From Methylovirgula sp. (lineage in GTDB: Bacteria; Pseudomonadota; Alphaproteobacteria; Rhizobiales; Beijerinckiaceae), in the NCBI GenBank assembly GCA_043742625.1, contig JAYTYD010000029.1, positions 1 through 45,448 of the forward strand: a stretch of DNA of 45,448 nucleotides. Direction: 5' to 3'. Below are positions 18,151 to 27,313 of this stretch, piece by piece. Each line of letters begins with the position of its first letter. Within the stretch, counting starts at the first letter, position 1. The position numbers and the translations under genes were made by a program. The notes under the pieces were generated by a model. That model did no database searches, was not told the DNA's origin, and saw only the letters and a list, made by a program, of their open reading frames with translations.

Positions 18151-19245
18151 ATGTTAAAACTCATACTCATCGGAGCGGTCAGTGCCTTGGCACTCACCTC
18201 TACCGCGCGCGCTGACGAATTTACCGATATGGCGACCAAAGCTGCCAAAGCTGCGACCTCTAAGGCGGATCAGTGGGATGGCCCAACTGCAGGTCCAAAG
18301 GCCGCCGCCGCTAAAAAGATCGTATTCGTTGCCGGTGATTTGAAAAACGGCGGCATTTTGGGTGCTTCCGAAGGCGTTAAAGAGGCAGCAGCTGCCATCG
18401 GTTGGACTGCCTCCGTCATCGACGGTCAAGGCTCTGTTTCCGGCCGCACCGCGGCAATGGGTCAGGCTATGACCTTGAAGCCGGACGGCATCGTCGTTGG
18501 CGGCTTTGACACCAAAGAACAGCAGGTTGTGTTTGATGCTGCCGCCAAGGCTGGTGTTCCGGTTGTTGGTTGGCACTCCGGTCCAAAACCCGGCCCGGAG
18601 CCTGAGGCTGGTATTTTCGCCAATGTCACCACCAATCCACAGGATGTTTCTAACACCGCCGCCTATCAGGCAATTGCCGATTCAAACGGCAAAGCCGGTG
18701 TGGTGATCTTTACCGACACGCAATACGAAATCGCCGTGTTCAAGGCTCGCGCCATGGAAGCTGTGATCAAGAAATGCGCCGGCTGCACCGTGTTGGAATT
18801 CGTGGACTCACCAATAGCCGAATCCTCAAATCGCATGCCGCAGCTGACCACGACCCTTCTGCAGAAATATGGCGACAAGTGGACATATTCGTTGGCCATC
18901 AACGACCTCTATTTCGACTTTATGGGCCCGTCGCTGTCTGCAGCGGGCAAAAAGGGTGATAGCTCGCCAAAGGCGATTTCAGCAGGTGACGGCTCAGAAT
19001 CGGCTTATCAACGCATCCGCGCCAAGCAATATCAGGCTGGCACGGTGCCAGAGCCGCTGAACATGCAGGGCTGGCAGTTGGTGGACGAACTCAACCGCGC
19101 CTTTGGCAAAACTGCATGGTCCGGCTATATTTCAGGCATCCATCTGGTGACCGCAGATAACGTCGCCTTCGACGGCGGCGCTAAAAACGTGTTCGACCCG
19201 GACAATGGCTACCGCGATCAATATAAGAAAATCTGGGGCAAATGA
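18151..19245 (+). CDS. Sugar ABC transporter periplasmic substrate-binding protein
   Basis: ATG 18151 is preceded by GGGAGAG. Signal peptide MLKLILIGAVSALALTSTARA/DE. The rest is a type-I periplasmic binding fold-like sequence. The track ORF start at 18031 lies inside the permease gene. Confidence 0.88.
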   Translation: MLKLILIGAVSALALTSTARADEFTDMATKAAKAATSKADQWDGPTAGPKAAAAKKIVFVAGDLKNGGILGASEGVKEAAAAIGWTASVIDGQGSVSGRTAAMGQAMTLKPDGIVVGGFDTKEQQVVFDAAAKAGVPVVGWHSGPKPGPEPEAGIFANVTTNPQDVSNTAAYQAIADSNGKAGVVIFTDTQYEIAVFKARAMEAVIKKCAGCTVLEFVDSPIAESSNRMPQLTTTLLQKYGDKWTYSLAINDLYFDFMGPSLSAAGKKGDSSPKAISAGDGSESAYQRIRAKQYQAGTVPEPLNMQGWQLVDELNRAFGKTAWSGYISGIHLVTADNVAFDGGAKNVFDPDNGYRDQYKKIWGK

Positions 19246-19259
19246 GACTGCTCTCAAAG

Positions 19260-19286
19260 AAGGCGGCCTAACGGTCGCCTTTTTTT
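19260..19286 (+). terminator. Rho-independent terminator after the SBP gene
   Basis: aaggcggcc-taac-ggtcgcctt forms a 9-bp stem with one G-U pair and is followed by ttttttt. It overlaps the stop codon of the convergent manC-type gene. Confidence 0.8.
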
Positions 19287-20700
19287 ACGTCCGGTTGTAC
19301 ACATCCTCGATGCGGATGATGTCATCCTCGCCTAAATATGAGCCAACCTGAACTTCGATCAGTTCAAGGTCAATCTTGCCGGGGTTGATCATGCGGTGCG
19401 TGCAGCCGATCGGGAGATAGATCGACTCGTTTTCATGGACGAGAATAACGTCTTCGTCGCGGGTGACTTCGGCAATGCCCCTAACCACAATCCAGTGCTC
19501 GGCGCGATGGAAGTGCTTCTGCAGCGAGAGCGCCCCGCCCGCTTTTACCACAATCCGCTTGACCTGATAGCGCGCGCCGTTGTCGATGCTTTGATAATAG
19601 CCCCAAGGCCTGTACATGCGGCGGTGCTCCACCGCCTCCTTGTGGCCGCGGGCTTTAAGTTCGTCAACAAGTTGCTTTACCTTATCGGCTTGCGATTGAT
19701 GCAACACCAAAACTGCATCAGCGCTGGTAACCACAATCACATCTTCCATACCAACAACGGCGGTGAGAATTTCATCTGAGCGGACATGGACATTTTTGCT
19801 GCCCATCACCACACCGCGCCCGCGCACGGAGTTGCCGTTTTCGTCACGGTCAGAAAGCTCCCAAACTGACGTCCAACTGCCAACATCAGACCAGCCCATA
19901 TCGGCAGGGATAACTGCGGCATGTTGGGTTTTTTCCATCACCGCATAATCAATGGATGTCTTCGGACTTTTGGCAAAGGCATCTTTATCCAACACCAGAA
20001 ATTGCAGATCCTGCCTGGCAAGCTTCACCGCCTCATAGGCTGCGATAAGAATATCTGGAACGAAGCTTTTTAACTCGCGCTGCATTGTTGAGGCTTGAAA
20101 GATAAAATTGCCGGAATTCCATAAATAGCCTTGTTTGACATATCCGGCGGCAATCTCGGCATTCGGCTTTTCAACAAATGCCTCTACCTTGCGCACCTCG
20201 CTCCCCTGCACAACTGTTGCGCCTGTGCGGATGTAGCCGTAGCCCGTGGCCGCGTGAGTTGGCGTAATGCCAAAAGTGACAATCTCGCCGCCCGCCGCCG
20301 CCCGCGCTGCCTCAGTGCAGAGGCGAATGAAGGCTTTGGGATCACGAATATCGTGGTCAGCGGCCAATACGGCGACGATCGTATCCGATGAGATTTTGGC
20401 GGCAAGTTCGGCGGCAACCGCCACAGCGGCGGCAGAATCACGTCGAACCGGTTCGAGCACGATTTGCGCGCTCATGCCGACCGCCGAAACCTGTTCAGCG
20501 GCACGAAAGCGATAATCAATATTCGTGATGATAATCGGCGCTTCAAACACCGCAGGATCAGCAATTATCTTCAGAATATTCTGGAATGTGGAAGTTTCAC
20601 CGATAAGCGGGATGAATTGCTTCGGCAAACTCTCGCGTGACTCTGGCCACACTCTTGTGCCGGAGCCGCCGCACATGATGACTGGTAGAATTTTGGTCAT
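19285..20700 (-). CDS. manC: Mannose-1-phosphate guanylyltransferase / mannose-6-phosphate isomerase (bifunctional type II PMI-GMP)
   Basis: MTKILPVIMCGGSGTRVWPESRESLPKQF... at the N-terminus and a C-terminal cupin ...QKHFHRAEHWIVVRG.... ATG 20700 follows AAGGG. The track ORF is extended upstream to 20814. Confidence 0.92.
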   Translation of the reverse strand: MTKILPVIMCGGSGTRVWPESRESLPKQFIPLIGETSTFQNILKIIADPAVFEAPIIITNIDYRFRAAEQVSAVGMSAQIVLEPVRRDSAAAVAVAAELAAKISSDTIVAVLAADHDIRDPKAFIRLCTEAARAAAGGEIVTFGITPTHAATGYGYIRTGATVVQGSEVRKVEAFVEKPNAEIAAGYVKQGYLWNSGNFIFQASTMQRELKSFVPDILIAAYEAVKLARQDLQFLVLDKDAFAKSPKTSIDYAVMEKTQHAAVIPADMGWSDVGSWTSVWELSDRDENGNSVRGRGVVMGSKNVHVRSDEILTAVVGMEDVIVVTSADAVLVLHQSQADKVKQLVDELKARGHKEAVEHRRMYRPWGYYQSIDNGARYQVKRIVVKAGGALSLQKHFHRAEHWIVVRGIAEVTRDEDVILVHENESIYLPIGCTHRMINPGKIDLELIEVQVGSYLGEDDIIRIEDVYNRT

Positions 20701-20821
20701 AGCAACCCTTAATGCCAATTCGATGCTAAAACCCTTAAGGCACGAACGTTGCAATAAAGTTACATCAATCCCTCTGCGGCTGGAGAACCCCTCCTTTGAA
20801 AGCCCAAACTGCAATTATGGT

Positions 20822-23230
20822 TTATTGCCGCATCCGGCTCCCCGAGGGGTCAAATGCCGCACCCTCCAACCTTACCGCCCTACGTCGCTCGCCTAATATC
20901 TCGATTTCGAACGCCGTCTCGCTTGCCAGGTCTTTTGGAATATAGCCCATGGCCAGCGATTTTTGCACAGTGTGGCCATAGCCCCCTGAAGTGACCCAGC
21001 CCACCACTTTGCCGTTGTGCCACACCGGCTCGTCGCCAAACGCATCAGCGTCTGACTCAACGCTGAAGGCCACCAGCCGCAGTGTTCCGCCGCTCTCTTT
21101 CTCCTTCAACGCTGCAACGCGCCCGACAAAATCTTCTCGCTTTAAATCGACAAAGCGCCCGAGACCAGCCTCAAACGGCCCGTAAATCGGCCGGTATTCC
21201 CGCGCCCATGTCCCGAAACTTTTTTCCAACCGCATCGAGTTCAGCGCCCGGCCGCCAATCAGCTTGATCCCAAACGGTTCGCCTGCAGTCTTTAGCAGCT
21301 TGTAGAGCGCACGCTGATAGTCCGAGGTGACCCAGATTTCGTAACCGAGATCTCCCGTAAACGAGACCCTCCCGACGTAGGCCGGGATCATCCCGATATC
21401 CATCTGCCTGAACGACAAAAACGGGAAATTCGCAGTGCTCAAATCTAAATTCACCAATGTTTGTACCAGCGCCCGGGATTTCGGCCCCGCAACCGAAAAT
21501 CCGGTGTATTCCATCGCGCACGCACGAATGGTCACGCCTCGGGCTGGAGCGTGGCGTTCAAACCAGCGGAGGTAATAGTCCTCGGCCGCATAAGTGCCAA
21601 CAACGAAGAAGTGGTTTTGCGCCAGCCGCCCGATAGTGAAATCGCCGATCAGCTTTCCCGCTTCGTTCAACATCGGCGTGAGAACCATTTTGCCAATGCC
21701 AGGCAATTTATTGGCCATAACACACTCTAAAAATTCAGCAGCCTTAGGTCCGCTCACGTCAAATTTGCCGTAGTTGGTAATCTCTAACAAACCGACGCCA
21801 TTGCGTACGGCTGAAACCTCGGCCCCCACATGCGGGTGCGCGTTCGAGCGCAAATAGGTCACGTCCTCAACAGGCGCGGCCCCCTGAGGCGCAAACCACA
21901 ACGCATGTTCCAGCCCGCAATATTCGCCGAATACTGCATTTTCCTGTCTTAACAGATCATATACTGGGGAAGTCCGCAAAGGCCGCGCGGCAGGCAGGTC
22001 CTCATTGGGGTAGCGGATCGAGAACCGGCGCGAATAGTTTTCTTTGACCTTGGTATTGGTAAACGCCAACGTGGCCCAAGAGCCGTACCGCGCCACATCC
22101 ATGCCCCAAACATCAAAGCCGGGGTCACCGGTGACCATCCAGTTTGACAATGCCAGTCCGACGCCGCCGCCCTGAGAAAATCCGGCCATGACGCCGCAGG
22201 CCACCCAATAGTTGCGCAAGCCACGCACAGGCCCGATCAGGGGATTACCGTCTGGGGCGAAAGTGAATGGCCCGTTGATCACCTTTTTGATGCCCGCCTC
22301 GCCGATCGCCGGGAAATGCTCAAACCCGACTTCAAGCGAAGGCGCGATACGATCAAGATCATTAGGGAGCAAATTCTGGCCGAAGTCCCACGGCGTTTCG
22401 CGCTCACTCCACGCCTTTCCGGCCCTCTCATAGGTGCCAAGCAAAACGCCGCCGCGCTCTTGGCGGGTATAAATCTCGCCTTCAAAATCAATGCAATGAA
22501 CCAGTTCCTTGGTTCTGCCTTTCAGCATCTCCAAATCTTCGGTTATAAGATATTGATGTTCCATGGCCAGTATCGGCAGCTCAAGCCCAACCATGCGGCC
22601 AACTTCGCGCGCCCAAAGCCCTCCCGCATTGACAACATGCTGCGCGTGGATGTTGCCTTGATCGGTAATCACATCCCAAGAGCCGTCTTCGCGCTGAACC
22701 AGATCCATCACGCGGGTGCGCAGTTGAATGCTCGCGCCGCCAATTTGCGCCGATTTGGCATAGGCATGGGTTACGCCATAGGGGTCAACATGGCCCTCCA
22801 CCGGATCATACATCGCGCCGATGAACTTCTTTTTATCAAGCAGCGGAAACAGGTCAAAGGCCTCATCCATTGAAATCATGCTGAGGTCCATGCCTAAATA
22901 TCGCCCGCGGGCGATAGCCATTTTCATCCAGTTAACCCGCTCCTGCGTGCCTGCCAGCATAATGCCGCCGGTGATATGCGCGCCGCAGCTTTGGCCGGAG
23001 ATTGCTTCAATTTCCTTGTAAAGCTCAATGGTGTATTGCTGAAGTTTCGCCACATTGGGATCACCGTTAACGGTGTGTACGCCGCCCGCGGCATGCCAAG
23101 TGGAACCGGCGGTAAGCTCGGCGCGTTCCAGCAACACCACGTCCTTCCAGCCCAACTTGGTCAAATGATAGAGCACTGATGCGCCAACCACGCCGCCGCC
23201 AATGACCACAACTTGAGCATGGGATTTCAT
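20822..23230 (-). CDS. FAD-dependent oxidoreductase fused to a GcvT-like folate-binding domain (dimethylglycine/sarcosine dehydrogenase family)
   Basis: VVVIGGGVVGASVLYHL is the dinucleotide fold. GSTWHAAGG is a covalent-flavin His context. The C-terminal half is aminomethyltransferase-like. 802 aa. Confidence 0.88.
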   Translation of the reverse strand: MKSHAQVVVIGGGVVGASVLYHLTKLGWKDVVLLERAELTAGSTWHAAGGVHTVNGDPNVAKLQQYTIELYKEIEAISGQSCGAHITGGIMLAGTQERVNWMKMAIARGRYLGMDLSMISMDEAFDLFPLLDKKKFIGAMYDPVEGHVDPYGVTHAYAKSAQIGGASIQLRTRVMDLVQREDGSWDVITDQGNIHAQHVVNAGGLWAREVGRMVGLELPILAMEHQYLITEDLEMLKGRTKELVHCIDFEGEIYTRQERGGVLLGTYERAGKAWSERETPWDFGQNLLPNDLDRIAPSLEVGFEHFPAIGEAGIKKVINGPFTFAPDGNPLIGPVRGLRNYWVACGVMAGFSQGGGVGLALSNWMVTGDPGFDVWGMDVARYGSWATLAFTNTKVKENYSRRFSIRYPNEDLPAARPLRTSPVYDLLRQENAVFGEYCGLEHALWFAPQGAAPVEDVTYLRSNAHPHVGAEVSAVRNGVGLLEITNYGKFDVSGPKAAEFLECVMANKLPGIGKMVLTPMLNEAGKLIGDFTIGRLAQNHFFVVGTYAAEDYYLRWFERHAPARGVTIRACAMEYTGFSVAGPKSRALVQTLVNLDLSTANFPFLSFRQMDIGMIPAYVGRVSFTGDLGYEIWVTSDYQRALYKLLKTAGEPFGIKLIGGRALNSMRLEKSFGTWAREYRPIYGPFEAGLGRFVDLKREDFVGRVAALKEKESGGTLRLVAFSVESDADAFGDEPVWHNGKVVGWVTSGGYGHTVQKSLAMGYIPKDLASETAFEIEILGERRRAVRLEGAAFDPSGSRMRQ

Positions 23231-23428
23231 TATGATGTGTCCTTTAGCGCGTCGAAAATTTCCGCAAAACCAGTAGTGTCCAATGTGCAGCCAAGATCAA
23301 CATTATGCGAAAACGTTTTTGGCATGGCTTTATCTTAAATAAAGCCGTATCCCCGCGCTCGCTTGGCAAAATGATGTTAGACAAGCTGTTCGTTGTTGAC
23401 CATACGCCCCGTTAACCCCAGGCAGAGC

Positions 23429-23695
23429 ATGATGTCCCGCCATAACCTTTCCGCACTCGAAGTCCTTTTGCCGGAAAATCTGTATGGGCGCCTCAGGACA
23501 TTGGCGGCAAGCTCGGGTCAGACAGAGCTGGACATAGTCCGGCAAGCGCTCTCCCATTATCTCGATTCAACACCGAAACCCCGCAACGACGCAAATCGCC
23601 GTTTGACCACGTTATTGGCCGTGGCAGGTGCCGGAGCGCAGAGCGCAAAACCCCGAAGCACCTCCAACATTGACAACCCTGCCGGCCGGGCTTGA
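23429..23695 (+). CDS. Ribbon-helix-helix (CopG/VapB-like) type II antitoxin with a long unstructured C-terminal tail
   Basis: MMSRHNLSALEVLLPENLYGRLRTLAASSGQTELDIVRQALSHYLD fits a beta-alpha-alpha pattern. The stop is 4 nt before the PIN gene start. Confidence 0.7.
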   Translation: MMSRHNLSALEVLLPENLYGRLRTLAASSGQTELDIVRQALSHYLDSTPKPRNDANRRLTTLLAVAGAGAQSAKPRSTSNIDNPAGRA

Positions 23696-23699
23696 CCAA

Positions 23700-24131
23700 A
23701 TGGGTGAAGCGGTAAGTTCCTTCACAGCCGCCACCCTTTTATATGTGGACACAAATATGTTCATAGCGTTTGTCGAACACCCGCGCGCAGACACGCGCGC
23801 ACTGCAACAGATATTTCGTCGCACAGCGGAAGCAGGCAGCACTTTGATAACCAGCGAAATAACGTTCGCTGAATGTTTGTACGGAGCCACCAAACAGGAC
23901 AACGCCGCTGCAATTGCTGCGTATGAAAGACTTTTTTTGAGCGGCGATATCGTAATGGTTCCTTTGGCGGATGGTGTTGCAGCCCGTGCTGCGCACTATG
24001 GCGGCGCTCTTGGCCTCAAATTGGTAGACTGCATCCACTATCTCACCGCGCTGGAACAAGGCTGCGACTTTTTTCTAACCGGCGACAAGCGCTTCAAATC
24101 AGATGACAACATGCGGGTTATAAATCCCTGA
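23700..24131 (+). CDS. vapC: PIN-domain ribonuclease toxin (VapC-like)
   Basis: Conserved acidic residues sit in LLYVDTNMF, TSEITFAE, LVDCIH and FLTGDKRF. 143 aa from ATG 23700. Confidence 0.8.
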   Translation: MGEAVSSFTAATLLYVDTNMFIAFVEHPRADTRALQQIFRRTAEAGSTLITSEITFAECLYGATKQDNAAAIAAYERLFLSGDIVMVPLADGVAARAAHYGGALGLKLVDCIHYLTALEQGCDFFLTGDKRFKSDDNMRVINP

Positions 24132-24232
24132 CCCGGCCTACGCGATGAATTTCTCCATCCTCAGCTTTACACTTCGGATGCTTCAACGCGGCTAAATCTT
24201 ATTGCTTCTGGCCACGGCACTGGCGCATTTTG

Positions 24233-27200
24233 TTAGCTGCGGTTTTTTATGCGAAGCGAGAGTTTAGCCAGAGCCAAATAAATGATTGGGGTGGTGTAAA
24301 GCGTCAAAATTTGGCTCAAGGCCAGCCCGCCAACAATGGTAATGCCCAACGGCTGGCGCAATGCGCTGCCCTCGCCTGTTGCAATCGCCAGCGGAATTGC
24401 GCCGAGCATCGCCGCCAGTGTCGTCATCAAAATAGGCCGGAACCGTTCGAGACACGCCTCGAAAATTGCCTCCTCCGGAGTTTTACCGCGCTCGCGCTGC
24501 GCCGAAATGGCAAAATCCACCAACATGATGCCGTTTTTCTTGACGATGCCGACCAGCATAATAATGCCTATAAGCGCCACGATGGTCAGCTCCATTCCGG
24601 CCCCGCGCAACGCCAGCAGCGCCCCCAGCCCGGCTGAGGGCAAGGTCGACAAAATCGTCAACGGGTGCAGCAGGCTTTCATAAAGCACACCCAGAATAAT
24701 ATAAACCGCCAGCAATGCGGTAATCAGCAAGATCACCATATTCGAGCCATTTGCGACATTCTCCTTGGCGTCTCCGGCAAATTCGGCGTGAACATTGTCG
24801 GGCAAGTGCAGCCCGTTAACTGTGGTCAATATCTGCTCGCTCACATCTTCAAACACCGCGTCTTTGGCCAGTGCATAGCTAATGGTGATGGAGGGAAACG
24901 CACCCTGATGGTTGATTGCCAAAGGCACAGTACCGCGCTCCAGCCTTGCCAGAGCGGAGAGCGGAATTTGCGCGCCGCTTTTACTTGGCACAAACATCTG
25001 CGGCAAGTCGTTCGGGTCGTCGCGGTTGGCCCCGTTCACCTCAAAAATCACCCGGTATTGATTGCGCGGCGCATAAATGGTCGAAACCTGGCGCTGCGCA
25101 TAAGCATTGTTCAGCGCCGCATCAATATCAGCGATGGCTACCCCCAGCCGCGCCGCTGCCGTCCGGTCAATCACCAGATTGGCCTGTAAGCCGCCCTGGT
25201 CGCGATCAGTGTTAACATCCGTCATGCCCGGCAGCTTTTTTAAGGCCTCAACCACTTTTGGCACCGTGGCTTCCAACTCAATAATATCCGGATCCCACAG
25301 CGTGAATTGGTAGGTGGACTTGCCCGACCTGCCGCCCACACGGATATCCAGAGACGGGCTGATGTAAGTGTTAATACCGTTCAACTTAGCCAGCTTTGGC
25401 CGCAACCGCGCAATAATATCCGTCGAGGGCGTCGTTTTCAGCAGTGCCAGTTTTACGCTAATAATCAGCCTGCCCTGATTGACGACACCGCTGAACGGCC
25501 CGCTCGCTCCAATAAAAGACGCAACAGACTCAATTGCCGGATCGGCACGCACAATTTCAGCGGCCTGCTTTTGCAAGGCTAACATCGCCGGATAGGAAAT
25601 GTCGGGAGAAGCTTCGGTCGAGCCAAACATCAAGCCGGTATCATCTTGAGGAAACAATCCCTTCGGCGATTGCACATATAGGTAAACGGTAAGCGCCACA
25701 GTCAACACGGTGGCAACCCCGGCCAGCCATGGATGGTGCAAAATAGGCAGCAGCGACGTGCGATAGGCCCCGACCAGCCATGACATGACGGCCTCAACCG
25801 CCCTGGCTACCTTGTTAGGCGCGTTATGAATTGCACCCGCTTTCATCAAGCGCCCGACAATCATCGGCGTCACGCTCAGAGAAACAAAAGTTGACAGCAA
25901 AATCGCGAATGTCAGTGTCAGCGAAAATTCGCGCAATATCTTGCCTACAACCCCGTCAGCAAACAGCAGCGGCACAAAAGCGGCGATCAGCGACAGCGAA
26001 ATTGAAATGACTGTAAAACCGATTTGCCGCGCCCCGACCAGCGCCGCCTGCAGTGGAGCCAAGCCCTTTTCCAGATTGCGGTAAATGTTCTCGATCATGA
26101 CGATTGCGTCATCCACCACGAATCCCACCGATATGGTGATCGCCATCAGCGATAAATTATCAACTGTGAACCCCACAAGCCACATCGCGGCAAAAGTGCC
26201 GGTCAGCGCCAACGGCACAGTAATGCCCGCCGCAATAATCGCTGTACTGCCCTGCATGAACACCATCACCACCAGCATCACCAAAATGATGGAGATGATC
26301 AGCGTTTTCTGGATTTCCCGCACCGAGGCGCGAATGGTCAACGTCCGGTCTGACAAAATTGAAACATCCAGCGCCGCAGGCACAAATTTCTGCAATTCCG
26401 GCATCAGCGCCTTGATGCGGTCAACAGTGGCCAAAACATTGGCATCCGCCTGTTTGGTAATTTGCAAAATCACCGCTGGCTTGCCGTTAAAGCTGGCAGA
26501 GGAACGCACATTGCGCACGCCGGGCGTAACGCTTGCCACATCGCCAAGGCGTATCATTGCACCACTTTTGCCCTTGATCAAAATATTGGCGTACTCCGCA
26601 GGCTCAAACAGTTGGTCTGACACGCCAATGGTTTCGCTTTGCAAGGCGCCATCAAAAGCGCCGATCGGCCCGCGCGCATTGGCATTGGCGAGGGCAACGC
26701 GCACCTGCTCTAAGCTGAGCCCCATGCTGGCAATCCGTTGCGGGTCAGTCTGGATACGCACTGCGGGCTGATCTGAACCGCTCACGCTGACTTCCGCCAC
26801 ACCCGGTATTTGCGAAAGACGTTGCACCAGCACCGAATCCGCCGCGTCATAAATATCACTGCCGCTCATTGTGTCCGACGTCAGCGCGTAGATGATAATC
26901 GGTGCGGAATTGGGATTGAACTTTCGGAAACTTGGTAAGGTGGGCATGTCACCGGGCAAATCAGTGGCGGCGGCATTCAGGGCTGCTTGAACATCGCGCG
27001 CCGCCGAATCCACCTTATGCGCCATATCAAAAACCAGCGTGATGCGGGTTGATCCCAGCGAGCTGGTCGAGGTCAATTCCGACACGCCCGCAATCGTGCC
27101 AAGCCGTCGTTCAAGCGGTGCCGCAACGCTGGACGCCATGGTTTCCGGATCTGCGCCCGGTCGGCTGGCCGACACCTGAATGGCCGGAAAATCAATGGCC

Positions 27201-27313
27201 GGCAGGCTGGCCACCGGCAAAACCGCATAGGCAACCGCACCCGCCAGAAACAGCCCGACAGCCATCAATAGTGTGCCCACAGGGCGCAAAATAAACGGCT
27301 TCGAGAAATTCAT
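24233..27313 (-). CDS. mdtC: RND multidrug efflux pump, inner-membrane subunit (MdtC-like)
   Basis: 1026 aa. MNFSKPFILRPVGTLLM..., ...VVDDAIVMIENI... and 12-TM RND architecture. The start overlaps the upstream stop (ATGA). Confidence 0.9.
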   Translation of the reverse strand: MNFSKPFILRPVGTLLMAVGLFLAGAVAYAVLPVASLPAIDFPAIQVSASRPGADPETMASSVAAPLERRLGTIAGVSELTSTSSLGSTRITLVFDMAHKVDSAARDVQAALNAAATDLPGDMPTLPSFRKFNPNSAPIIIYALTSDTMSGSDIYDAADSVLVQRLSQIPGVAEVSVSGSDQPAVRIQTDPQRIASMGLSLEQVRVALANANARGPIGAFDGALQSETIGVSDQLFEPAEYANILIKGKSGAMIRLGDVASVTPGVRNVRSSASFNGKPAVILQITKQADANVLATVDRIKALMPELQKFVPAALDVSILSDRTLTIRASVREIQKTLIISIILVMLVVMVFMQGSTAIIAAGITVPLALTGTFAAMWLVGFTVDNLSLMAITISVGFVVDDAIVMIENIYRNLEKGLAPLQAALVGARQIGFTVISISLSLIAAFVPLLFADGVVGKILREFSLTLTFAILLSTFVSLSVTPMIVGRLMKAGAIHNAPNKVARAVEAVMSWLVGAYRTSLLPILHHPWLAGVATVLTVALTVYLYVQSPKGLFPQDDTGLMFGSTEASPDISYPAMLALQKQAAEIVRADPAIESVASFIGASGPFSGVVNQGRLIISVKLALLKTTPSTDIIARLRPKLAKLNGINTYISPSLDIRVGGRSGKSTYQFTLWDPDIIELEATVPKVVEALKKLPGMTDVNTDRDQGGLQANLVIDRTAAARLGVAIADIDAALNNAYAQRQVSTIYAPRNQYRVIFEVNGANRDDPNDLPQMFVPSKSGAQIPLSALARLERGTVPLAINHQGAFPSITISYALAKDAVFEDVSEQILTTVNGLHLPDNVHAEFAGDAKENVANGSNMVILLITALLAVYIILGVLYESLLHPLTILSTLPSAGLGALLALRGAGMELTIVALIGIIMLVGIVKKNGIMLVDFAISAQRERGKTPEEAIFEACLERFRPILMTTLAAMLGAIPLAIATGEGSALRQPLGITIVGGLALSQILTLYTTPIIYLALAKLSLRIKNRS

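Noticed and set aside
23326-23346. Perfect 8-bp hairpin ggctttat-cttaa-ataaagcc upstream of the toxin-antitoxin pair
   Set aside because: No U-tract follows on either strand, and it lies upstream of both divergent genes, so I cannot call it a terminator. It may be a minor operator-like palindrome, but nothing else supports that.
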